From a virus, in IMG/VR virus record IMGVR_UViG_3300030333_002703, positions 32,001 through 96,000 of that record: 64,000 bases of DNA; one strand, 5' to 3'. The notes below the pieces were generated by a model. That model saw only the letters and a program-made list of their open reading frames with translations, did not search any database and was not told the origin of the DNA. The position numbers and the translations under genes are program-made. This document shows, one piece after another, positions 56,953 to 64,000 of the stretch; positions within the stretch are counted from its first letter, which is position 1, and every line of letters begins with the position of its first letter.

Positions 56953-57215
56953 TCATCACCTACAAAGTCTGTTGTCTCGGTCAAGATGTCAAGTATTGCA
57001 TTCTTGACCTGCTCGGCTTGTTCTAGTGTCAATCGTACACCACGTTTAGATGGTCGCCCAGAGTTCGACCATACTCGGATGTCAATTTCGTTTTTGTTGC
57101 TATCGTCATGGAACTTGATACGGTCCACCCGTATGCTAAAGTTATCTGACCCTGACCCTTTCACCGGAATGGTGGCATGGGTGATATTTTCTTGCTCGCT
57201 ATAATCCTTACTCAT
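56949..57215 (-). CDS. PC4/p15-like ssDNA-binding transcriptional coactivator
   Basis: IDIRVW...PSKRGVRLTLEQ matches the PC4 signature. Confidence 0.85.
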   Translation of the reverse strand: MSKDYSEQENITHATIPVKGSGSDNFSIRVDRIKFHDDSNKNEIDIRVWSNSGRPSKRGVRLTLEQAEQVKNAILDILTETTDFVGDE

Positions 57216-57486
57216 TGTTTTTAGCCTCCTTTTCTTTGCGCTTCTTCAGCGTATTGGCGTTAGCGAAGCCGTCTCGACCTTGTGTATATCGGCTCATATC
57301 CGAGATACCGGGTGGTGCAGGTGGCTCCTCGACCTTCCCCCATTGTGGGCATACTTCTGCCCACTGTTGTCCTGCTTTGTATGATGTGTTGCCGACACGG
57401 TGACGGTTGCCTAGGTCTGCTGATTTCCAGACCCAACCGTACCCACCGGGGCATTGGTCACAACATAGTGTTTCTTTATTTTCCAT
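57208..57486 (-). CDS. Hypothetical Cys-containing protein
   Basis: CCDQCPGGYGW; GGAGG RBS. Confidence 0.6.
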   Translation of the reverse strand: MENKETLCCDQCPGGYGWVWKSADLGNRHRVGNTSYKAGQQWAEVCPQWGKVEEPPAPPGISDMSRYTQGRDGFANANTLKKRKEKEAKNNE

Positions 57487-57488
57487 AT

Positions 57489-57692
57489 TTATTCCTCCGC
57501 TTCTACTCTTTCTTTTGTACCTAGTTTGTACACATATGTTGGTCTATCTATGACCCGCATATAGCCACAATGGATTACCTGCCCATTGATGTAAATGTTG
57601 TGTGAATGAGAAGATGTTCTTTTCTTCATCCCACATCCAGAACATTGCCTAAGCGCCATCCGGTCTGCACTACGTGACATTACGAACCCCAC
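57489..57692 (-). CDS. Small Zn-binding protein
   Basis: CSGCG...HCGYMR. Confidence 0.55.
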   Translation of the reverse strand: MGFVMSRSADRMALRQCSGCGMKKRTSSHSHNIYINGQVIHCGYMRVIDRPTYVYKLGTKERVEAEE

Positions 57693-58075
57693 TCCTTGAG
57701 TGACCGCTGACGGTTCACATCATCGTAGATTTCGTCAATGATTGCTTGTGCTTCGGACTGGAACGCACCTCCTAGATTCATTATGCTTGATGTACTGATT
57801 GGCTTTGATTTAACCACATCATGTATCTCATCCTCCGTGATGAGTCCATCTTCAATGGCCTCGGCGGGTGTTCGGGTCACTGCCGCCGTGCTTTTTCTCA
57901 ACACTAGTGTGTCACCATCGAATGCGTCGATGCAATCCTGACAGATGGGTAACGACAATGCAAACTTGAAGTCTGGGTCTTTGGGCCAATTGGGGTCAGA
58001 TGGTGCGCCGCACCAATTCACTGATGCAGTGTGTGGCCCCTTGGTGATGTGTATGACCTTTGGTAAGTCCGACAC
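57680..58075 (-). CDS. Hypothetical protein (H/C..CxxC module, SIMNL motif)
   Basis: IH...WCG...ICQDC; SSIMNLGG. Confidence 0.6.
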   Translation of the reverse strand: MSDLPKVIHITKGPHTASVNWCGAPSDPNWPKDPDFKFALSLPICQDCIDAFDGDTLVLRKSTAAVTRTPAEAIEDGLITEDEIHDVVKSKPISTSSIMNLGGAFQSEAQAIIDEIYDDVNRQRSLKEWGS

Positions 58076-58300
58076 TCATTCACCCGGCCTGTGCTTCTCA
58101 CGCTTGCTTAGCATATTCTCCAACACCTTGAGTATGTTCGCACTCGCTGTCTTGAATCGCTTCTCGGCGTGTTCACAATCGAACACCCCCAAGTTACGTG
58201 CAAGGTCGTCTAGACCTTCAAACTTCATGTATCCATTCTCACCGTTGATGAGATAGTTTAGTATCTCCCACTCGGCGTGTCCTACTGATTTTGCTTTCAT
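58076..58300 (-). CDS. Hypothetical protein
   Basis: AGGAGG RBS. Confidence 0.65.
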   Translation of the reverse strand: MKAKSVGHAEWEILNYLINGENGYMKFEGLDDLARNLGVFDCEHAEKRFKTASANILKVLENMLSKREKHRPGE

Positions 58301-58302
58301 GT

Positions 58303-58392
58303 TTATGCCTCCTTATATTCCCAGAACTCCCAGATGGGTTCTCCGGTTTCCTCGTCAATGGGGCCGCGTAGATGGCTGAATAGTTTAGCCAT
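58303..58392 (-). CDS. 29-aa microprotein (not in ORF track)
   Basis: MAKLFSHLRGPIDEETGEPIWEFWEYKEA; GGGGTG RBS; fills the gap. Confidence 0.5.
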   Translation of the reverse strand: MAKLFSHLRGPIDEETGEPIWEFWEYKEA

Positions 58393-59452
58393 CTAGCAGC
58401 ACCCCACGTAATTGATTGAGTGTAGTTTCACCGTCACAGTATGCGACGATTGCTGCTTCAATTTCATTGAGTCGCGCCATCAAGTCATCACGGTCTTTTT
58501 CAGCCCGTTTAACTCGCTCGTGTGCTTCCTCTATACCACTTTCGCGGGCTGCGGGTATGTACTGGACTCCATCAATCCACACACCTTCAGTTTCAGGCCA
58601 CAACGTCTTGTATTCAGGTTCCGGTGTTGGTTCTTCCATCAATTCATCCACTGCTTCTACAATGTCTGGTTCATCAAGACCGACCACAACCTCATTTGTG
58701 AATGTTGGTGGTTCCTCCGATGTCAGAATGGTAAGTTCACCCTTGTGTTTGAGGTCTTGCAGACGCTTGATGAAATCACCTGATGTTTCATCATCCTCTC
58801 TCTCAATCCCCAACTCTTTGGCTGTCGCTCTAAGCGCTGTGCGCTCTTTATGTTGAGCGATTCTGGAACGTCGGAATTGCATTTGTGGTTGTGCCTGATT
58901 CCGTTCTTTACCTTTCTCTACCTCTTGTTCCCATTTGATGTCTGACTTCTCTACATGAACTGCATCATCCGGTGCATGATTCTTACAGTACCACTTACCA
59001 TCTTCAGTTCGATGTGAGATGTATAGAGTGGATGCGTCATTATGACCAACCTTACATCGCTCACCATTTTTTGTAGTACCATGACATTGACCACGGCTCT
59101 CAAGCCGTCGCATAGACACAAGTTGTGTTTGCCAGTATCCTGAATTGTTCACCAATGCAAAATTGGTTGGCTTACCAGTCGTCACCACTTGTAGTGCGCC
59201 GTGTCCAAGTAGAAGTTGAATGGCCTTGCGTACTTGGTCGTAACCAACATCAATGCCATCTGCCATCTGCTGTTGTGTAGCACAGTGGGCTTTGAAGCCC
59301 AGTTGTGGCACATGGACAAATGGTCGTTTGTCGAACATGAATCTGAAAATCTGTTCAGCGCGTCTATGTGTCATACCTTTACACTTATCCATTTCTTCTT
59401 CAGTGAGTGGTCGATAGATACTGTCTTTCCCATCCGTCGGACCCTTACTCAT
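58385..59452 (-). CDS. Winged-helix-like protein with C3H Zn knuckle and coiled coil
   Basis: TQQQMADGIDVGYDQVRKAIQLL..HGAL; CHGTTKNGERC...YCKNH. Confidence 0.6.
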   Translation of the reverse strand: MSKGPTDGKDSIYRPLTEEEMDKCKGMTHRRAEQIFRFMFDKRPFVHVPQLGFKAHCATQQQMADGIDVGYDQVRKAIQLLLGHGALQVVTTGKPTNFALVNNSGYWQTQLVSMRRLESRGQCHGTTKNGERCKVGHNDASTLYISHRTEDGKWYCKNHAPDDAVHVEKSDIKWEQEVEKGKERNQAQPQMQFRRSRIAQHKERTALRATAKELGIEREDDETSGDFIKRLQDLKHKGELTILTSEEPPTFTNEVVVGLDEPDIVEAVDELMEEPTPEPEYKTLWPETEGVWIDGVQYIPAARESGIEEAHERVKRAEKDRDDLMARLNEIEAAIVAYCDGETTLNQLRGVLLDG

Positions 59453-59456
59453 AGTA

Positions 59457-59960
59457 TCACACCCGTCGCTGTTCTAGTGCAACAATAGCGGCTCGCATTT
59501 GATTACCGCTAATTTCACCATCCATGTATGACTCAATGGCTGATACAAGATAGAAGATTTCTTCTTCCAGCATCATAACGCGCTCTGCCAACTTCGCTGG
59601 GAACCCCGCGAACATCGTTGTTGATGTCGCCTTGCTGAAGTCACTGTTGGGGAATACCTGTGTGGTTAATTCACCAATAGATTGTTCTTCATGGGGTTCC
59701 ACTGGTTCATCCGTTGGGAATGGGAAAACAGGGAACAGACGTGCGCCACGTCTATTGCCAGCCTTCTCTACCAGTCCGTCTTCGATGAGACATCTCTCGG
59801 CAGTTTCACGGTATCCGTTTGGAACACCGAGGGCTTCGTTGTAAAAGCCCAATCGCTCACCGGGTGTCTCTCTAACGATGTTTAGAAGTTTCATAGCGCG
59901 CTGTCGCACTGCCTTCCGTCGTCGTCGTCCATTTGCATTTTTAGTTCTTACTTCGTGCAT
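59457..59960 (-). CDS. Winged-helix-like protein with coiled-coil end
   Basis: LLNIVRETPG...LIEDGLVEKAGNRRGARLF; AAGGAG before ATG 59960 (track start 60059). Confidence 0.6.
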   Translation of the reverse strand: MHEVRTKNANGRRRRKAVRQRAMKLLNIVRETPGERLGFYNEALGVPNGYRETAERCLIEDGLVEKAGNRRGARLFPVFPFPTDEPVEPHEEQSIGELTTQVFPNSDFSKATSTTMFAGFPAKLAERVMMLEEEIFYLVSAIESYMDGEISGNQMRAAIVALEQRRV

Positions 59961-60002
59961 TTTTATCTCTCCTTTATTTTGTTTGTATCCGTTAGGAATT
60001 GG

Positions 60003-60058
60003 TGGGGGGTAGGGTGCGTTGCTTGGGATGCATGACGGTAGTAAATCCCTACCCCCCA
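60003..60058. other. Intergenic GC-rich stem-loop
   Basis: tggggggtaggg (60003-60014) and ccctacccccca (60047-60058), a perfect 12-bp inverted repeat. Confidence 0.85.
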
Positions 60059-60066
60059 TGAATTGC

Positions 60067-61722
60067 TCATATATTCAAGACCTCACTGGCCTTTGGAATG
60101 CTGTTGAGCGCAGACATCCCTTCTTCGTTCACGAATGCCTTCAGGTCATTCAAGTCTGTGGTTCCAATCTTATCCACACCAGATGATTCTTTGTAATCTC
60201 CCACGGTCTGGTATAGTACACCAGTCATGACATTGTGGACTGTGGATAGACGACGGTTGAGTGTTTCCAACCCAATCGTGCGACCCTTCAAGACAGTCTT
60301 GCCATCAGACCATTCTGGCTTGTGTGTGATTGCACCGTTCAATACATTGTAAGCATGGAACAGTGTGTTACTCTGGTCACGGTTCACTGCAACCCAATCA
60401 TTGCTGGGCTTTGTCCAACCATCAAGAGCAAGTCGCCACATATACCCACCAGTCAATTTTTCACTAACAACCTTGTCATTCTTGATGACCGGCTTCTTGT
60501 TGGGCCATCCAATGAGGCCACGTGTCTCACACAGTGTGAGTAGTCGTTCAAACAATTGAACATCCACTGGAAGGTGTTGCATGAACTCCATCTCGACAAG
60601 TGAACGCTGTGCATCTACAATCACTGAATTGATGTCACTAGCAAATGCATCCCAATCACGGTCTTTCATAGCACCCTGCTTGTGTCGAATAGATGCAATG
60701 GTTCTGACACCACCCATCACTGCCAAGTTTTGACAGTACACACGTTCTGCTACGGCTTGGACAGACAGTGCTTTTGTGCCATCCAGTGAGTTGTTGATGC
60801 TGAATCCATATCGGTATAGACCGTCAAGTGATTTGGCGGTATCATTCATCAGATTAAGACTGATAAATCCGTGACCATTTTCACTCAATCGTTGTCGTGC
60901 TTTTTCCCGAGTCTGGGCTGCTTGTGATACATCACAGTCAAGACGCATCTTTGCACCTTCGTTGTGTGCATAGACACGTGCCTTCCAATCATTCTTAGAT
61001 GCCATATCCAAGATGGGGTCACACACTGTGGGATATGATAGGGGGAAGTAATCCTTACCGACCACACCAAGACACGCACCTTCAGGTCTATCTGATGATG
61101 CATATGATGGGTTGAAGATTGCGAAGTGCTTTGCGTTGCCTTTAGCATCAGTCACTGGTGAGAACGTAGGAGCCATCTCCTCCGATTCTTGATGTGCTGT
61201 GAACACCGGCTTCATCACTGGGGTGAATCGCCAATCGTGAGCAATCAAACCTTCACGACCACCGGCTAGGATACTGCCATCCCATACCTCATCACTAACT
61301 TCCACTGCACCAGCAGTAGTAGGGACTTCATCATCCCAATCTTCATCTCCACCATCATTGTTCGGTGAGCCACCTAAATCCATGATGCTTGCTTTCTTTG
61401 CTTTCTGCATTGCTTTGATGTTGGCTGATGCCACACCCTGTTCTAATGCATCTACCAATTCGATGTGTTCCGGCTCTACTACGAGCGGTGCTTTGTTGCC
61501 ACCGAAATGGGCTGATGGGTGATAATCTCCATGCTTCAGGGATGCACTCTCAACAAGGAATGCAGATTGCCCATCACTTGTTTTGTGCTGTTGGGCAATT
61601 GCTCCTTTTGGAATCCATACTGACCGAGGACCACTGACCGCTTCATAACGAACTTTCGTTTGTTTGTCGTTGGTTTCCTCAACATGACCGATAACCACAA
61701 TTTTGGTATTTTCATTTGTCAT
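60067..61722 (-). CDS. DUF932-family protein with N-terminal extension
   Basis: LGVVGKDY, INNSLDGTKAL...RVYCQN...IRH, TLFHAYNVL; alternative GTG start 61737. Confidence 0.75.
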   Translation of the reverse strand: MTNENTKIVVIGHVEETNDKQTKVRYEAVSGPRSVWIPKGAIAQQHKTSDGQSAFLVESASLKHGDYHPSAHFGGNKAPLVVEPEHIELVDALEQGVASANIKAMQKAKKASIMDLGGSPNNDGGDEDWDDEVPTTAGAVEVSDEVWDGSILAGGREGLIAHDWRFTPVMKPVFTAHQESEEMAPTFSPVTDAKGNAKHFAIFNPSYASSDRPEGACLGVVGKDYFPLSYPTVCDPILDMASKNDWKARVYAHNEGAKMRLDCDVSQAAQTREKARQRLSENGHGFISLNLMNDTAKSLDGLYRYGFSINNSLDGTKALSVQAVAERVYCQNLAVMGGVRTIASIRHKQGAMKDRDWDAFASDINSVIVDAQRSLVEMEFMQHLPVDVQLFERLLTLCETRGLIGWPNKKPVIKNDKVVSEKLTGGYMWRLALDGWTKPSNDWVAVNRDQSNTLFHAYNVLNGAITHKPEWSDGKTVLKGRTIGLETLNRRLSTVHNVMTGVLYQTVGDYKESSGVDKIGTTDLNDLKAFVNEEGMSALNSIPKASEVLNI

Positions 61723-61734
61723 AATGCCATACTC

Positions 61735-61765
61735 CACCAATGGTGGAATGGGAGGAGGATATAAA
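61735..61765 (-). promoter_or_regulatory. Conserved 31-bp viral promoter, copy C
   Basis: TTTATATCCTCCTCCCATTCCACCATTGGTG, intergenic upstream of the DUF932 gene. Confidence 0.8.
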
Positions 61766-61794
61766 GGGCGGCCAACATTTTGGTGGTTTAACCG

Positions 61795-62526
61795 TCATTC
61801 TTCTTCATCATTGGTGTATTCGGAACGCACACAGTATGTTCCTTGCATATGAGGAGGAACATCTACTGGTCCTAATGTACTACCCAGTGCCACACCTTTT
61901 CCTCCAGAATCAATCAAAGCAGTACACTCTTCTCTAGGAAGAACGCGGTACTGAATCGTAGTATTGGGTACTCTCCATGTATAGAACAGGTCCTCACCTG
62001 CTATGTATCCGTAATCTAGAGGGTTCATAGGTATAGTTTGACTACATTTGTGACAACATACCTCGGCAACCCATCGGTCGGATTCACCTACCTCGCCCGA
62101 TTCAGGGTCAGTAAAACTATGTAGGCCTAGATTTAACCATGTAGTTTGTTCAAGTGGCATATTGACTAGAGGTTCAGCGCAATCTTCGTCAGGGCAAACC
62201 CATGACGATACTATCTCTTGTATCCGTTGTAGTTCTGCTTCCTGATTGGCTGCTATGTCTTCTGGTGTAGGTTGATTGACAATACGTTCGACACTATCAT
62301 CATCCATAGTCCATCCCATGTGTTCGGTCAGGACTTTACTCACGCGAGCGTGGGCCTCCGCCACACCCTCGTGATTCACCATAGTAACAAGGCGAATTGC
62401 CTTGTCACCTGTTTTTTCATATTCTAGGCCATGAGGCGACCATACGCCCCCAACCTTGAGTGGCTCAAGATTTGTACGAGTCCACTCGATTTCATCGTCT
62501 GCTGGTTCCCAGTCTGTTTCATTCAC
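61795..62526 (-). CDS. Hypothetical protein
   Basis: 243-aa acidic ORF with CPDEDC..CHKC. Confidence 0.7.
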   Translation of the reverse strand: MNETDWEPADDEIEWTRTNLEPLKVGGVWSPHGLEYEKTGDKAIRLVTMVNHEGVAEAHARVSKVLTEHMGWTMDDDSVERIVNQPTPEDIAANQEAELQRIQEIVSSWVCPDEDCAEPLVNMPLEQTTWLNLGLHSFTDPESGEVGESDRWVAEVCCHKCSQTIPMNPLDYGYIAGEDLFYTWRVPNTTIQYRVLPREECTALIDSGGKGVALGSTLGPVDVPPHMQGTYCVRSEYTNDEEE

Positions 62527-62873
62527 GCTGCTCCCTCGGAGAACGAGTCGGACATATCAGCCCATACCCATTCATCCGTCACGGAACACGGATAGACAAT
62601 AAACGTGCCGACGGCAAAGACAGGTCTCATACCGTCAATAGATGACCCACAACAAGGGCATACATCCCAGACTTCAATGGCCTTCCGTATGGCAATCACT
62701 TGTAGTGATTCATCATCATTGGGTGGCGGGGGCCGGAGTTCGACACCCAGCATAGAATGTCGAACCCCGTCGAACCCCCAGTTCCCGTCATCATCCACGT
62801 CTGATGGGGTGACAGACCAGTTGAATCTGGCCCCATCGGATGACTTGTGCTTACCCATCCCCATCACTTCCAC
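62523..62873 (-). CDS. Hypothetical protein
   Basis: CPCCG motif; ATGA overlap; start uncertain. Confidence 0.6.
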   Translation of the reverse strand: MEVMGMGKHKSSDGARFNWSVTPSDVDDDGNWGFDGVRHSMLGVELRPPPPNDDESLQVIAIRKAIEVWDVCPCCGSSIDGMRPVFAVGTFIVYPCSVTDEWVWADMSDSFSEGAA

Positions 62874-62903
62874 CTCACCGGAGGGGTCGTGCGCTTATGG
62901 GCC

Positions 62904-63062
62904 TCACTCTTCACCGTCACTCATTGACGATGTTGAGTTGAGGGCTTCCTTGATGGCGTTAATCTCGTAACCGAGATTGATTTGCACTTCATCAATTGCG
63001 TCGTTCATTTCGTTTCGTGCATCTTGCACGGCTTGCTTCAGTTCATTCAGTTGTTGTTGCAT
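62904..63062 (-). CDS. 52-aa coiled-coil microprotein (not in ORF track)
   Basis: MQQQLNELKQAVQDARNEMNDAIDEVQINLGYEINAIKEALNSTSSMSDGEE. Confidence 0.6.
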   Translation of the reverse strand: MQQQLNELKQAVQDARNEMNDAIDEVQINLGYEINAIKEALNSTSSMSDGEE

Positions 63063-63678
63063 TTTCAATCACTTCCTGTTCCACTAGGTATTGGTCAACT
63101 ATATCCTGCATGATTCTTACATCTGCGGTTGCGACCATATGTGGAATTGCTTTCATCTGGATGAGTGTATCACCCTTCTGATTCTTCACTGTCATTTGAC
63201 GGAACTCACCAAGTATCCTTTCAAGTTCTTCGGGATGCTTTGCGTGTTCATCTATCCAGTGTTGGTATGTTGCCTTGTCATTTGAAAGACGCAGTATGTT
63301 TGCTTCGCTCATTGCTTCTGCAATCTCCCGCATCACTGCTTGGGTGATTCGACCACCCAGCATACCTGCTATCTTATCCAACAAGATTGCCACCTTCAAA
63401 GTCGGTGGGACTCGTTGGGGATTGGATTGTTCATAGTCAGGATACCTGACATATCCATCCCCCTTTGTTTTGCCACCACTGTGTGGTATTGGCTTGAGTA
63501 GGATTGTTGCACCAGTGTCCATATCCACAACCATGAGTCGTGGGCTGGCGCGTGTTTCTATTGTAGTATCTGATGATTCATATTCTGTATTCATCAGGGC
63601 ATCACCCAGTGCGCGTAGTGTCTTACCCGCGCCGGGTGTCCAGTTCATCTGTTTTGCTTGTTCACATTCTAAAGTCAT
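63043..63678 (-). CDS. Hypothetical protein
   Basis: 211-aa ORF, ATGA-coupled. Confidence 0.7.
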   Translation of the reverse strand: MTLECEQAKQMNWTPGAGKTLRALGDALMNTEYESSDTTIETRASPRLMVVDMDTGATILLKPIPHSGGKTKGDGYVRYPDYEQSNPQRVPPTLKVAILLDKIAGMLGGRITQAVMREIAEAMSEANILRLSNDKATYQHWIDEHAKHPEELERILGEFRQMTVKNQKGDTLIQMKAIPHMVATADVRIMQDIVDQYLVEQEVIENATTTE

Positions 63679-64000
63679 TGTATCAAATCCATTATGCTTA
63701 GTGGTTTCTTAGGTGCTTGCCACTTATCCATATCGAACCAACCGGGTCGTAGAGTATGTTTCCACTCGACTGGCATGATTGTGGCTTTGTAGTGGTAGTA
63801 GTCACGATATGCTTTGACAGCATCATCGTTTTTGTACTCGTCAGGCATGGCTTGTGCGAATGGTGTCAACTCACCATCAGGTATCATATCAGCCATATCA
63901 TTCATCTGTATGATACCAGTTTCACAGAAGTGTCTTTTGCCATACCGTTTGTTGAAATGTAGGCATAGACCAATAGCATGGTCAGCGGCCCATTGGAAAT
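63675..64000 (-). CDS. Pyrimidine-dimer DNA glycosylase (DenV/endonuclease V)-like protein, 5' truncated by window
   Basis: Frame open to the window end: FQW..DHAIGLCLHFNKRYGKRH...TPFAQAMPDEYK..DAVKAYRDYY. Confidence 0.7.
   Translation of the reverse strand, partial: FQWAADHAIGLCLHFNKRYGKRHFCETGIIQMNDMADMIPDGELTPFAQAMPDEYKNDDAVKAYRDYYHYKATIMPVEWKHTLRPGWFDMDKWQAPKKPLSIMDLIQ

Larger units (their letters stand above)
1..64000. mobile_element. Segment of a tailed archaeal virus genome (magrovirus-like, probable Poseidoniales/MGII host)
   Basis: Head-neck-tail gene order on +; archaeal-type PolB/RFC/primase/TFB/thermosome on -; dense gene packing with ATGA overlaps and GGAGG/GGTGA ribosome-binding sites; no rRNA, ribosomal protein or integrase genes seen. 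Confidence 0.9.

Noticed and set aside
60003-60058. tRNA, hammerhead ribozyme or intrinsic terminator
   Set aside because: No cloverleaf/TTCGA loop, no CUGAUGA/GAAA core, and no U-tract directly after the stem

Overview
This window is part of a tailed dsDNA archaeal virus genome, most consistent with a 'magrovirus' of marine group II Euryarchaeota (Poseidoniales). The host is inferred from a Thermoplasmatota-style TFB, a group II chaperonin and archaeal-type replication genes. There are two convergent blocks. The + strand (1-36846) is the virion morphogenesis module: HK97-type prohead protease/scaffold, major capsid, neck, tail tube, tail chaperone with a -1 frameshift, tape measure, a ~6000-aa giant tail/baseplate protein and tail tip proteins. 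The - strand (36843-64000) is the transcription/replication/early module: TFB, thermosome, DEDD exonuclease, MCM-like ATPase, ERCC4 nuclease, DNA methyltransferase, PriS-PriL primase, PD-(D/E)xK nuclease, PolB, probable PCNA, Sak4-like ATPase, RFC, a degenerate ligase, a one-repeat TFB-like protein, PC4, DUF932 and a DenV-like glycosylase. The most interesting unexplained signals are: (i) a D-x-A-W-A-[LV]-[ML]-K leader shared by three unrelated accessory proteins in the head/neck region, a candidate capsid-targeting and protease-cleavage tag; (ii) a 31-bp fixed-spacing TATA promoter present three times, alongside virus-encoded TFB, mini-TFB and PC4; (iii) a 59-aa microprotein with two PIP boxes next to PolB/PCNA; (iv) an S-I-M-[DN]-L motif in four unrelated proteins; (v) a DNA ligase homolog lacking its catalytic lysine; (vi) apparent avoidance of GATC, AGCT and CCWGG. 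All annotation is by eye from motifs and synteny; no searches were run.
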